Part shown: one piece after another, positions 10,192 to 20,043 of the stretch
How the letters are laid out: each line of letters opens with the position of its first letter
Numbering within the stretch: the first letter of the stretch is position 1
Assembly (NCBI GenBank): GCA_026387265.1
Contig: JAPLLZ010000020.1
Location: 5,413-69,412 of the forward strand
DNA length: 64,000 bases
Origin: Candidatus Omnitrophota bacterium
Lineage (GTDB): Bacteria > Omnitrophota > Gorgyraeia > Gygaellales > Profunditerraquicolaceae
Direction: 5' to 3'
Program-made: the position numbers and the translations under genes
Notes under the pieces: generated by a model
The model's input: the letters and a program-made list of their open reading frames with translations, nothing else
Told to the model about the DNA's origin: nothing
Database searches by the model: none

Positions 10192-11073
10192 ATGATAGAA
10201 AAAAAGAAACAAATATGTATTATCAAGTTAGATGGGTTGGGGGATGTTTTGCGGACCACTTCGATCTTGTGGTGTTTTAAAAATGATGATGTTACCTGGG
10301 TTACTGAGGAGGCCGCCCTTTCTTTGTTAACGGGTATTCCTTTTTTAAAAAAAATTACTTCTATTTCCGGAGTTTTAGTTATGCAGGATTTTGTGTTTGA
10401 TGAACTCTATAATTTTGATGAGGACATACGGGCTTGTGAGTTGGCGCATAATCTTAAGGCTAAAAAGAAAAAGGGTTTTAAGGTTAAAGATGGCCACCAT
10501 TTTCCGTTTGATGCGGATTCTGAATATGCATATGCTTTGTCCAGAAATGATGAATTAAAATTCAAGTTGAACAAGAAAACATATCAGCAAATTATTTTTG
10601 AGATGGCCGGCTACTGTTGGGAAGGGCAAGATTACATTTTGGGCTATCAGCCTAAAGGGGCAGTTAAGTATGAGGTAGGCATAAATTACCTTGTGGGAAA
10701 GAAGTTCCCAAATAAGGCCTGGCCGCACTGGGGCAGGTTATCTAAGATGCTGGATTCCGTATGCTTACAGAATCAGTTTAAAACATTAAAAGAGTATATA
10801 GACTGGGTAAATAGCTGCCGGATTTTAGTTACCGGCGATTCCCTGGGAATGCATATTGCGCTGGCCTTGAAGAAAAAGGTAATTATCCTTATGGGGTCTA
10901 CTAGCTGGAATGAAATCGAAACTTATGGGCGGGGTGTTGTTCTCAGGGCAAAGCTACCTTGTTCGCCTTGTTATAAAAAAGATAATTGTAATAGTGTTTC
11001 TTTTTGTATGGATTTAATTACTCCCGAAATGGTACTTTCTGAGATAAAAAAACTTAAGCAGGCTGGTGATTAA
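10192..11073 (+). CDS. GT9-family (heptosyltransferase-like) glycosyltransferase
   Basis: N-terminal ICIIKLDGLGDVLRTTSIL and C-terminal ILVTGDSLGMHIALALKKKVIILMGST match the two halves of the ADP-heptose:LPS heptosyltransferase fold. Confidence 0.65.
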   Translation: MIEKKKQICIIKLDGLGDVLRTTSILWCFKNDDVTWVTEEAALSLLTGIPFLKKITSISGVLVMQDFVFDELYNFDEDIRACELAHNLKAKKKKGFKVKDGHHFPFDADSEYAYALSRNDELKFKLNKKTYQQIIFEMAGYCWEGQDYILGYQPKGAVKYEVGINYLVGKKFPNKAWPHWGRLSKMLDSVCLQNQFKTLKEYIDWVNSCRILVTGDSLGMHIALALKKKVIILMGSTSWNEIETYGRGVVLRAKLPCSPCYKKDNCNSVSFCMDLITPEMVLSEIKKLKQAGD

Positions 11074-11082
11074 GGAGAAGTT

Positions 11083-11988
11083 GTGGATGCCTCGGTAGTT
11101 ATTCTTACTAAGAATGAAGAAGGATGTATTGGCGCAGTTCTAGAAATGGTCTTCCGCCAGGAATTTGACGGAGATTATGAAGTAATCGCCATAGATTCTG
11201 GTTCACACGATGCAACACTGGAAATAGCCGGGCGTTATCCAGTCAGGGTGATTGAGATTAAACCGGAAGAATTCGGGCATGGCCAGACGAGGAATTTAGG
11301 CGTAAAATTATCAAAAGGTAAGTATGTGGTTTTTTTAACTGCCGATGCAGTGCCGGTTAATAATGTATGGTTAGGGAATCTTATCCGGCCGCTTAAAGAG
11401 AATATTAATATTGTCGGAGTCTATGGCCGGCAGATTCCTAAAAAAGAATGCTATCCAACTGAGGCCAGGGATATTTTGGCGGGTACCGGATTAGTTGCTA
11501 AGATCAAATTTATCAACCCCGCGGATCAGAAACAAATTGACCATTTTAATAAGCATGTTTGGAAATATATCACCTTTTCTAATGTTAGTTCTGCCTATCG
11601 CAGAGATTTGCTAGAGCAGCATCCCTTTGCAGAAGATCTTTTAGCCGTTGAAGACCAAGAATGGGCTTATCGTTTAATCAAAAACGGTAGAATGATTTGT
11701 TATGAGCCAACATCAAGCGTGTACCATTCGCATAATGATGGATTAAAAAAGTTATATGGCCGATATTACCGGTACGGCCGTTCTTTTAAGAAATTTATAC
11801 CGGATAGAAGTCGGGGGACAATTTACTACTTCATTAAAATCACGCTTTATGAAACAGCCCTAGATTACATTTTTTTGTGTACTTATACAATAGGAGTAAT
11901 CAGAAAGATTTTTTGGCTGTTTAAATTACCCCTATTTAGAATTATAAAAAATTTTGCATTTTACCAAGGATTTAAAAATACGGTTTAA
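11083..11988 (+). CDS. Family 2 glycosyltransferase
   Basis: VVILTKNEEGCI, IDSGSHD and a later DxD/ED region are present. Confidence 0.65.
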   Translation: MDASVVILTKNEEGCIGAVLEMVFRQEFDGDYEVIAIDSGSHDATLEIAGRYPVRVIEIKPEEFGHGQTRNLGVKLSKGKYVVFLTADAVPVNNVWLGNLIRPLKENINIVGVYGRQIPKKECYPTEARDILAGTGLVAKIKFINPADQKQIDHFNKHVWKYITFSNVSSAYRRDLLEQHPFAEDLLAVEDQEWAYRLIKNGRMICYEPTSSVYHSHNDGLKKLYGRYYRYGRSFKKFIPDRSRGTIYYFIKITLYETALDYIFLCTYTIGVIRKIFWLFKLPLFRIIKNFAFYQGFKNTV

Positions 11989-11991
11989 AGT

Positions 11992-12870
11992 ATGGATATT
12001 TCTATAGTCATCCGCACCAAAAATGAAGAAAGTAGTATTGTCAGAACATTGGAGCAGGTATCTGCTCAAGCTTACCGCGGCAGTTATGAAATAATTATAG
12101 TTGATTCTGGTTCCAGTGATAGAACAGCACAGATTGCTTCAGGTTTTACGCCGCGTTTCTATACTATAAATAAAGAGCCTTTTTCTTACGGATATGCATT
12201 AAATTATGGGCAAAAAATATCGATGGGTAAAATAGTTGTTTTTTTATCAGCGCATTGTATACCTGCTGATACTCAATGGCTGGCAAATTTAGTTATCCCG
12301 CTAGATAAAGATAAACAAATCGGGGCTGTTTATGGCCGGCAGTTGCCCGTCGCAGGTATAAATCCGATTGAGGAATTCGAGCTGGGTATTTTTTTTCCAG
12401 AAGGGAATACAGAACCAAAAGCAGTATTTTCAAATGCCAGTTGCGCGATAAGAAAAGAAATTTTAGAAAAATATCCATTTAATGAAGAGATCGCTTACGG
12501 TGAAGATTTTCTATGGCGGCATAAATTGCCCGCAGATATTGGTGTAGTTTATGCCCGAGATGCCCGGGTTTACCACAGCCATCGCAGTAATTTAAGTTAC
12601 TGGGCGTGCCATCATCAAAAAGTCGGGATGGCTGTAGAATATTTGCGTAAAGTTGAAGGTATCCAAGATTTCTACGGCCGAAAAGGCACTTGGCTAAGGA
12701 AAATCTTAACCCGCCTGCCGTATTTACTTTTTTTTATCCGGAAAGGATATGTTAAAGCCTGCCTTACTTTTGTACCCATAGAGATAATCCGGAATATTTT
12801 TTATATCCGGGGATTAAGCATCAGTAGAAAAAAATACCGGAGATATCAAGATTTAACATGCCCAAAATAA
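11992..12870 (+). CDS. Family 2 glycosyltransferase (paralog of 11083..11988)
   Basis: ISIVIRTKNEESSI and VDSGSSD are present, with the same architecture as the preceding gene. Confidence 0.65.
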   Translation: MDISIVIRTKNEESSIVRTLEQVSAQAYRGSYEIIIVDSGSSDRTAQIASGFTPRFYTINKEPFSYGYALNYGQKISMGKIVVFLSAHCIPADTQWLANLVIPLDKDKQIGAVYGRQLPVAGINPIEEFELGIFFPEGNTEPKAVFSNASCAIRKEILEKYPFNEEIAYGEDFLWRHKLPADIGVVYARDARVYHSHRSNLSYWACHHQKVGMAVEYLRKVEGIQDFYGRKGTWLRKILTRLPYLLFFIRKGYVKACLTFVPIEIIRNIFYIRGLSISRKKYRRYQDLTCPK

Positions 12871-14018
12871 ACCTTCTTTATATTATTACTAAGTTGGAAT
12901 TAGGTGGTGCCCAAAAACAATTATTAAGTTTGATCAGAGGCTTAAATAAACAAACCTATAATGTTTTTCTCCTTACAGCTAAAGATGGTTTATTGGTGAA
13001 CGAGGCACTTGCTTTGGATGGTTTAATTTTGAAGAGGTCAAGTTTCCTGGAACGCAGAATAAACCCTTTAAAGGACTTCCTAGCTTTAATAGAAATCTAC
13101 AGTTTTATTAAGGCAAATAAAATTCAAATAGTACATACGCACAGTTCAAAGGCTGGAATTTTAGGCCGTCTTGCTGCCGCATTAGCAAAAACAAAAATTG
13201 TTATTCATACTGTGCATGGCTGGAGTTTTCATGGCTACCAATCTTTGATTATTAATCGTCTTTATTTGTTCCTGGAAAAAGTTTGTGCTATTTTTACCAG
13301 TAAAATAATCGTAGTTTCCCGCTGGGATAAAAATAAGGGTTTAAATAATCATGTGGGAAGACAAGAGCAGTATGTTATAATTAGGTACGGTATAGATTGT
13401 GCTGATTTTCAGAATAGAGAAAAATCTGCTGCCGTTAAAAAATCCCTGGGGTTTTCCGCTGGGGAGCTGGTTATTGGCATGGTTGCTTGTTTCAAGCCGC
13501 AGAAATCTCCTCTAGATTTTATAAAATTAGCCTCTGCCGTGAAAAAAGATTGCCCCAATGCAAAATTTATTTTAGTAGGGGATGGGGTTTTATTTAAACA
13601 AGTGCTTTGTTTAATTAAAAAATTGCATTTAGATGGCCAAGTAGTTTTAGCTGGCTGGCGCCGGGATATACCGGCAATCCTCTCTTGCCTGGATGTCTTT
13701 GTGTTAACTTCATTATGGGAGGGATTGCCGATTGTGGTACTGGAGGCAATGGCTTCAGGTGTACCGTTAGCGGCTACAGATACCGGCGGCATTAAGGAGG
13801 TTATTGTTGATCAAGAAACAGGCTATTTGGTTAGAGCGCATGATATAGATTCTTTAAGTAACCGGGTAGTTAAACTATTAAAAGACAATCAAAAAAGGGA
13901 TGAATTCATAAAATCATCCAAAGCCGTTGTGGAAGCTAAGGAGTTTTCATTGAGCAATATGATTCAAAGAACAGAAGAGCTGTATTTAAACTTAACCGAG
14001 AAATACAAAAATGCTTAA
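12858..14018 (+). CDS. GT4-family glycosyltransferase (GT-B fold)
   Basis: The C-terminal EGLPIVVLEAMASGVPLAATDTGGIKEVI carries the E-x7-E motif region of GT4. Confidence 0.75.
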   Translation: MPKINLLYIITKLELGGAQKQLLSLIRGLNKQTYNVFLLTAKDGLLVNEALALDGLILKRSSFLERRINPLKDFLALIEIYSFIKANKIQIVHTHSSKAGILGRLAAALAKTKIVIHTVHGWSFHGYQSLIINRLYLFLEKVCAIFTSKIIVVSRWDKNKGLNNHVGRQEQYVIIRYGIDCADFQNREKSAAVKKSLGFSAGELVIGMVACFKPQKSPLDFIKLASAVKKDCPNAKFILVGDGVLFKQVLCLIKKLHLDGQVVLAGWRRDIPAILSCLDVFVLTSLWEGLPIVVLEAMASGVPLAATDTGGIKEVIVDQETGYLVRAHDIDSLSNRVVKLLKDNQKRDEFIKSSKAVVEAKEFSLSNMIQRTEELYLNLTEKYKNA

Positions 14019-14994
14019 ATATTTAATTATTTTTACTTCCGCTTTAATTTTTAGCATGTTGTCCACTTCTTTATTAGCAAAGCTTTCTTTGAAGGGAAAG
14101 ATACTTAAAACAAATGATATTCCTTTAGTTGGGGGATTGGGAATAGGGCTAGCTTTTATTTTTACTTTATGTTTAGCTGCTTTTGTTATGCATTTGCCGC
14201 TGACGAAGATTTTGGCGGTTACGATTGCTTCTTTGGCCATGTTATTTTTTGGCGTAATTGACGATTTGAGGGAATTATCCGTAGTGCATAAATTTTTAGC
14301 ACAATCAATTTGCGCGGTTTACTTAATTGCCTGCGGGGTAAAAACAGACATTATGTATCTGGGGTTCTGGGGCAATGCTGCAATTACCTTTTTTTGGTTA
14401 TTAGGGGTGACCAATGCTTTTAATCTACTGGATATTCTGGATGGTTTGACTACAGGTTTAGTTTTAATTATCAGCAGTGCATTTTTGCTGGTAGGATTTT
14501 TAAATGCAGACCTGAATGTGCAGGTGCTCAGCCTGATTTTATGCGCGGGAAGTATCGGGTTTTTATTTTTTAATTTTCCTCCAGCTAAGGTATATTTAGG
14601 GAATTCTGGCAGCCATTTTTTCGGTTTGCTTTTAGCCGCGATAGCCTTGGTTGCACATTATGCTTCTGAGGATAACGTATTTGCTTTGATCAGTCCGTTA
14701 ATGATCTTGGGTTTGCCGATTATGGATACTGTATTGTTGATTATTTTTAGGGTAACTAAAAAAAAGCTTCCTTTCCATAAGAGCAAGGATCATGTTGCAT
14801 TTAAAATTAAGGCCATGGGTTTTTCTCCGCTGAGGATACTTTTAATTATGTATTTATTATGTTTTATTTTTTCCGTTTGTGGTGTTGTTTTGATCAAGGT
14901 TAATAATTTGGCGGCGGTAAGTATAATTATGGCCGTCTGTTTGTTCAGTATATATGTATTGTCAAGATTGATTAAAATAGAGGTAGGCGATTAA
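14011..14994 (+). CDS. MraY/WecA-family polyprenyl-phosphate N-acetylhexosamine-1-phosphate transferase, the initiating enzyme
   Basis: It has about 10 TM helices. NAFNLLDILDGL and FNFPPAKVYLGNSGSHFFG match conserved MraY/WecA loops. Confidence 0.7.
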   Translation: MLKYLIIFTSALIFSMLSTSLLAKLSLKGKILKTNDIPLVGGLGIGLAFIFTLCLAAFVMHLPLTKILAVTIASLAMLFFGVIDDLRELSVVHKFLAQSICAVYLIACGVKTDIMYLGFWGNAAITFFWLLGVTNAFNLLDILDGLTTGLVLIISSAFLLVGFLNADLNVQVLSLILCAGSIGFLFFNFPPAKVYLGNSGSHFFGLLLAAIALVAHYASEDNVFALISPLMILGLPIMDTVLLIIFRVTKKKLPFHKSKDHVAFKIKAMGFSPLRILLIMYLLCFIFSVCGVVLIKVNNLAAVSIIMAVCLFSIYVLSRLIKIEVGD

Positions 14995-15035
14995 TTGTCG
15001 AATATTTTTAAGGCAAAAGACGAAATAATTTATAG

Positions 15036-15974
15036 ATGAATGTAAGCGTAATTATTGTCAGCATAGGGGCTAAAGATTACCTTAAGCTTTGCTTGAACTC
15101 TCTTCTAAAACAAAGCCACCAACCTTTAGAAATTATTATTATTGATAATTCTTCCCAGCCTGATTTTGCCCGGAATATTAGCAAGGCCTATCCGTCGGTC
15201 AAGCTTTATTCCAGCCCAAAAAACTTATTCTATGCCGCTGCTTTGAATAAAGGGATTAGTTCAAGCAGCGGCGATTTTGTACTTTGTCTTAATGATGATG
15301 TGGTTTTAGGAAAAGAATTTATCCGGGAAGCATTAAAGGGTTTTTTGGTAGATAACAGAATTGGTTCGGTAAGCGGGAAAATTTTACGCAGTGATGGGAA
15401 AGTTTTAGATAGCGCGGGTTTATACTTAAGCGTTTGGCGCACGGCCAAAGAAAAAGGCTATGGGCAAAAGGATTCCGGGCAGTTTGAAAAAAACAATTAT
15501 ATTTTCGGCGCCAGCGGTGCAGCGGCTTTTTATCGCAGAGAAATGCTAGAGTCGATTAAAGAATGCGGTGACTATTTTGATTCAGATTTTGGCATGTTTT
15601 ATGAGGATCTGGATATTTCCTGGCGGGCACATCGGTATGGTTGGTTGGCTTACTATATACCGGCGGCTTTAGTTTATCATGTGCGCGGGGGGTCATTCCG
15701 TCCGGATTGCGGAATAGGTAAGCCTGTCGCACGCAAATATTTGAATGATCAACTGCACTGCGCTTTAATTAAAAACCGCTATCTTACAATACTGAAAAAT
15801 GAAACATTCTGTGGTTTCATCGCGCATCTTATTCCGATATTAATTTATGATTTGTGTGTTTGGGGTTATGTTGTTTTTTTTCGCCCCAGAGTTTTTAAAT
15901 TGTTCTTTAACGCATCTTTGCGCCAAATTAATGAAAAAAGGCAAAAGATGCGTTGTTGCAAGAAAAGATTTTGA
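15036..15974 (+). CDS. Family 2 glycosyltransferase (rhamnosyltransferase-like)
   Basis: VSVIIVSIGAKDYLKLCLNSL, IDNSS, a LNDD DxD-like motif and a YEDLD motif are present. Confidence 0.65.
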   Translation: MNVSVIIVSIGAKDYLKLCLNSLLKQSHQPLEIIIIDNSSQPDFARNISKAYPSVKLYSSPKNLFYAAALNKGISSSSGDFVLCLNDDVVLGKEFIREALKGFLVDNRIGSVSGKILRSDGKVLDSAGLYLSVWRTAKEKGYGQKDSGQFEKNNYIFGASGAAAFYRREMLESIKECGDYFDSDFGMFYEDLDISWRAHRYGWLAYYIPAALVYHVRGGSFRPDCGIGKPVARKYLNDQLHCALIKNRYLTILKNETFCGFIAHLIPILIYDLCVWGYVVFFRPRVFKLFFNASLRQINEKRQKMRCCKKRF

Positions 15975-16014
15975 CAATTTGAGGTTATGCTTTAGAATAG
16001 CAGATACAATTTAT

Positions 16015-16095
16015 GCGCGGGTGGTGAAATGGCAGACACGCAAGCATGAGGGGCTTGTGCCGCAAGGCTTGGGGGTTCAACTCCCCCCTCGCGCA
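16015..16095 (+). tRNA. tRNA-Leu(GAG), class II with a long variable arm
   Basis: Acceptor stem is GCGCGGG/CTCGCGC with discriminator A. D-arm is GTG..CAC. Anticodon stem CAAGC/GCTTG encloses loop AUGAGGG, giving anticodon GAG. Variable arm is TGCCGCAAGGCTT. T-arm is GGGGG TTCAACT CCCCC. CCA is not encoded. Confidence 0.8.
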
Positions 16096-17031
16096 TTAAA
16101 TTCTATTCTGCCGTTTATCTTTAACGAAGTTGCTTTTTTCCATACTCTTGGCTAATTTCTTTAATTCTGCACCGATCTCGCCAATTTGCGCCACATGCGT
16201 GATATCGCGCATTTCGTTAGTTACCACTCCGATAGAGACAGAAAGCAGTAGGATTTTATGAATTTGACTTTGACGGTCATATCCGATAATATAACCGTTA
16301 TCCCGGTCCTCTTGATTATAAAATGTAGGAGAAATTTTATCAAAGTCATAGATTATTTTTTCACAGATTTTATCTGATCGGTCAGGGGTGGTGACGATTA
16401 CAAAATCATCTCCTCCGATATGCCCGACAAAATCTGCCGGATTACCGTATTCTTTAGCAGCGGCAATTAAGATGCGCGCAGTCTCGCGGATTACGTCATC
16501 TCCGTGTTCAAATCCGTATTTATCATTGTAGGCTTTAAATTTATCCAGATCAACATAGCAAACCGCATAAGGAACCTTATTTTCAATGCAATTAGAGAGT
16601 TCATTTAGGATTGCTAAATTGCCGGGAAGGCGGGTGAGGGGGTTGGCTTCCAGGTCTCTTTTTGTGCGCCTTAATACCATGCGGATTCTGGCTAAAAGTT
16701 CTTTAGGCTCAAAAGGTTTAACGATATAATCATCCGCTCCGGCATCAATTCCGCCGATCCTATCGCTAACTTCTCCTTTACCGGTGACCATAATGGTTGG
16801 TAAATGCTGCAATAATAAATCTTTTTTAATTAAATTGCACACTTGCCTGCCATCCATTTTAGGCATATTATGATCCAGAAGCACTAAATCTAACGGTTTG
16901 GAACGGATGATTTTTAGAGCTTCTTCGCCATCTGCGGCTTCCGTAATTTCATAATCTTCTTCTTCCAGAGTAAGTTTGAGGATATCTCTTATATCCGGGT
17001 CATCATCGGCAATCAATATTTTTATACCCAT
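16096..17031 (-). CDS. Response regulator with REC and GGDEF domains, where the GGDEF signature reads GGDDF
   Basis: N-terminal IKILIADDDPDIRDIL ... LDHNMP is a receiver domain. The C-terminal VDLDKFKAYNDKYGFEHGDDVIRE ... HIGGDDFVIV is a diguanylate-cyclase-like domain. Confidence 0.75.
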   Translation of the reverse strand: MGIKILIADDDPDIRDILKLTLEEEDYEITEAADGEEALKIIRSKPLDLVLLDHNMPKMDGRQVCNLIKKDLLLQHLPTIMVTGKGEVSDRIGGIDAGADDYIVKPFEPKELLARIRMVLRRTKRDLEANPLTRLPGNLAILNELSNCIENKVPYAVCYVDLDKFKAYNDKYGFEHGDDVIRETARILIAAAKEYGNPADFVGHIGGDDFVIVTTPDRSDKICEKIIYDFDKISPTFYNQEDRDNGYIIGYDRQSQIHKILLLSVSIGVVTNEMRDITHVAQIGEIGAELKKLAKSMEKSNFVKDKRQNRI

Positions 17032-17035
17032 AGTT

Positions 17036-18517
17036 TTATTTGGCAGCGTTAAGAGTAAAACTGAAAGTTGAGCCTTCGCCTAACTTGCTTTTTACCCATA
17101 TTCTTCCCTGGTGCGCCTGGACAATTTGTTTAACTAAAGCCAGGCCCAAGCCGGTGCCTTTTACCCCCTGGTTGATAGTATTGTCTACGCGATAAAATTC
17201 TTCGAATATTTTTTCCTGCGCGTCTTCAGGAATTCCAAACCCGGTATCCTTAATGTCGATTTGAACATGGTTATTAGAGTGGCTGGCATTAAGACTAATC
17301 TTGCCATTTTCCGGGGTAAATTTAAATGCGTTGCCTACTAAATTAATAAAAACTCGCTCAATTTGACTGCGGTCAGCCAGAATTTCCTGGCAATCATCTG
17401 GTATATTGTTGCTAAAGGTGATATTTTTAGATTTAAATTGTTCCGAGAACAAATCGGCGATTTTGTCATAGATAGTTTTTAAACTCAAAGCCTCTTTTTT
17501 AATTTCGACTTTACCGCTTTCAATGCGCGAGATATCCAATAGGTCGTTAACCATATGTACTAATTCATCGCTGTGGCGGTTTATCTTTTCCAGCCGGCTG
17601 CGGATTTCTTCCGGCAAGGCTCCTAATTTACTGGTGAGCAGAATAGCGGCATATCCTTTGATCGAGGTAAGTGGGGTTCTTATTTCATGGGATACGCTGG
17701 AAATGAAATCGCTTTTACGTTTGCTTATTTTGTTTACTTCTTCCAAAGCTTGAGTTAGCTGGCGGGTTCTTTCCTCGACTTTTAATTCCAGTTCTTGTTG
17801 GCTGCGCCATGTTTTTTCAAATAGCCGGGCGTTATCTAAAGTCTGGGCGATTTGATTGGCCAGGATGCTGATAAATTCCTGGTCGCCTTTGGTGATTGCG
17901 GTCTCGGCATTTTGCGTGCCGACAAAAATAAAACCCTGGTTGCCTTCCTGAGCTAGCACCGGACAAATAATAAATGAGCGTACTAGAAACAGGTGGTTAA
18001 ATGTATTTATTGATAGATTACCTCCTTCAGGTATAAATTCGGAGGAGACGGTGGAGCCCTTATTAATCAGGTCTAAAAAATAATCTTTATTAGCGTTAAT
18101 GGCAGTTTTAATCTTGGCGGATTCATCCTGGTTGTATCCTATGCACAGGTATAATTGAAACTCTCTTTCCAGGGCTTTCCAAAGGAAGGCCAGGGATTTT
18201 TCAAATCCTAAGTCCTCTACATGCTGGTTACTTATTTTTTTAAAAATTTGTTTTTCTTCCAGGGTTGTGCTTATTTCATGCGATAGTTTTTGCAGAGTAT
18301 CTAAGCCGGAAATTTTTTTGTCCAGTTCTTCCTGAGCTTTGTTTAATTCCATATCTGTGCGCATGATTAGCTTGGCTTGTTCATCCATTTCTCCCAAAGA
18401 AAAGTTTAAGGCGGATACCTTGTCGTTTATTTCTTTTAAGCGCTGATTTTTATAAAGCAAAGAAATGCCCAAGATAGCAAAGAGTGCGCAGATACCTACA
18501 AAGACAAAAGGGGTCAT
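17036..18517 (-). CDS. Sensor histidine kinase with N-terminal TM, coiled coil, GAF-like, HisKA and HATPase_c domains
   Basis: The H-box is SHEIRTPLTSIKGYAAIL. N, G1 and G2 boxes are present (NLVGNAFKFT, DTGFGIP, GTGLGLAL). Confidence 0.8.
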   Translation of the reverse strand: MTPFVFVGICALFAILGISLLYKNQRLKEINDKVSALNFSLGEMDEQAKLIMRTDMELNKAQEELDKKISGLDTLQKLSHEISTTLEEKQIFKKISNQHVEDLGFEKSLAFLWKALEREFQLYLCIGYNQDESAKIKTAINANKDYFLDLINKGSTVSSEFIPEGGNLSINTFNHLFLVRSFIICPVLAQEGNQGFIFVGTQNAETAITKGDQEFISILANQIAQTLDNARLFEKTWRSQQELELKVEERTRQLTQALEEVNKISKRKSDFISSVSHEIRTPLTSIKGYAAILLTSKLGALPEEIRSRLEKINRHSDELVHMVNDLLDISRIESGKVEIKKEALSLKTIYDKIADLFSEQFKSKNITFSNNIPDDCQEILADRSQIERVFINLVGNAFKFTPENGKISLNASHSNNHVQIDIKDTGFGIPEDAQEKIFEEFYRVDNTINQGVKGTGLGLALVKQIVQAHQGRIWVKSKLGEGSTFSFTLNAAK

Positions 18518-19741
18518 TTATTGTTCTCCTATAGCTAAAATACCAATGCTTTGATTATGGAAATAAGTCCGGCCCAGATAGTTAATAGATTTAAGCGGTG
18601 CTTGTTCGCCATTAGTATAAATGCCGATTAAGGGGGTGTCATGGCCAAAGATGTCTTTGATTACGTGGAGTTCAATATCATCCTGTCTGCCGAAAATGGA
18701 TAATCTTGCGGCGGAATCAAAAACGATCAAAAATTTAATTTTTTGAGTACTCAGGTTACTTTTTGCTTCTTCACAGGCGGCAACGGCTGCCGCTAGCCGT
18801 GAATCTTCAGTACTAATCATTAATCTGATTTTGCTGTTGGGAGGAATATCTCCTTGGGTTACTAAAGAACCGTCATCTTCGATAGAGATGACATTGCGCA
18901 ATAAGTATTCTTTTTCTCCGGGAAGATAAATTCCTAAGGGGTAATAAATAGATATTCGTTGCAATTCTTTAGCTAAGTCTTTTCTGTTTTTAGCAAAATA
19001 TTCTTCATATAGTTTTACGGCAGGCAGCTCATCAATTTCTTTAATTATATTGTTACTGGAAGAAGTGATATAGCGTATCTTTCCTAAGGATTTCCATCCG
19101 TGCTTAATGCCGAATCCGAAGCTGAATTTACCTCCGAAAAGAATTCCGCTGCAGGATTCAGAAAGTATCTCTTGGTTTAGGTATTGATAGGTTTTACGAT
19201 TTCCGAAACTATCAGAGGCCGAAGCACCAATGAGCGGGAAGCTTTTACCTAGGCTTTCCTGGAGGCCGTTAATTAAATGTGTTCCTTCAGTAATCAGTTT
19301 GTCTGAAAAAATTATGCTTAAGCTCCGGGGTACATTTTTGAAGCCAAACAGCAACTTTCCGCCTAATTCGCTGCCGGCTACAAACGGGTTTTTTTTATCG
19401 ATATCCTTGACCGCAGCGACATTGAAAAACGTTTGTTCGTTTAAACTGATAAGTAAAATGGCAAAACCGTGCTTGAATACTCCGTGGGTGGTCATTATTC
19501 CTAAGCTGCTGCAACCCAAAATAGGCATTTCTCTTAACAAGTTGTTAGTTATTTTTAATACTAAGGGATGTGCGAATTCTGTAGAGGTAAAAATAAAAGC
19601 CAGGCTTGCTGGAGAGTTTTTTAATCCTACCGTAGCTTGTCCAATTGCTTCGTTAGCGGCTAGTATAGGATCTTTGAGCTGACTAAAACCGATACTTACA
19701 TTCATGGAATTCAGTATATAGCGCAAATATAAGAGGGTCAA
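18518..19741 (-). CDS. FIST-domain sensor protein (FIST_N plus FIST_C)
   Basis: GCSSLGIM in the N-terminal half and GIYTNGEQ...FHNQSIGILAI in the C-terminal half match FIST signatures. It lies immediately upstream of the kinase in the same operon. Confidence 0.65.
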   Translation of the reverse strand: MTLLYLRYILNSMNVSIGFSQLKDPILAANEAIGQATVGLKNSPASLAFIFTSTEFAHPLVLKITNNLLREMPILGCSSLGIMTTHGVFKHGFAILLISLNEQTFFNVAAVKDIDKKNPFVAGSELGGKLLFGFKNVPRSLSIIFSDKLITEGTHLINGLQESLGKSFPLIGASASDSFGNRKTYQYLNQEILSESCSGILFGGKFSFGFGIKHGWKSLGKIRYITSSSNNIIKEIDELPAVKLYEEYFAKNRKDLAKELQRISIYYPLGIYLPGEKEYLLRNVISIEDDGSLVTQGDIPPNSKIRLMISTEDSRLAAAVAACEEAKSNLSTQKIKFLIVFDSAARLSIFGRQDDIELHVIKDIFGHDTPLIGIYTNGEQAPLKSINYLGRTYFHNQSIGILAIGEQ

Positions 19742-19968
19742 TAAAATTCTTAATCACCGGCACCCGCTTTATATTAAACTTATTGACTAAAAAAACGATT
19801 ATAGTAAAATATCATTCAATCATTTGGCCCCATCGTCTTCCCGCCAGATTATCTTATGGTGGGCGGGACCCCGCATTAAGCAGAACTCATGGCGGGGAGC
19901 CTGGTCTGGCAAGCGTATTATCGGGCCATATTAATGTTCTTAGATTTTCTTTAATCAAGATTATTTAT

Positions 19969-20043
19969 GGCCCCATCGTCTAGCCTGGTCTAGGACGTCA
20001 GGTTCTCAGCCTGTAAACACGAGTTCAAATCTCGTTGGGGCTA
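19969..20043 (+). tRNA. tRNA-Glu(CUC)
   Basis: Acceptor stem is GGCCCCA/TGGGGCT with discriminator A. The start GGCCCCATCGTCTAG is typical of tRNA-Glu. The anticodon loop is UUCUCAG, giving anticodon CUC. The T-arm is ACGAG TTCAAAT CTCGT. Confidence 0.8.

Noticed and set aside
15847-16155. 102-aa + strand ORF spanning tRNA-Leu
   Set aside because: It reads straight through the tRNA gene and into the convergent RR gene. It is spurious.
19783-19983. 66-aa + strand ORF in the tRNA-Glu region
   Set aside because: It overlaps the tRNA-Glu 5' fragment and the GC hairpins. It has no RBS, and its composition is dictated by the structured RNA sequence.
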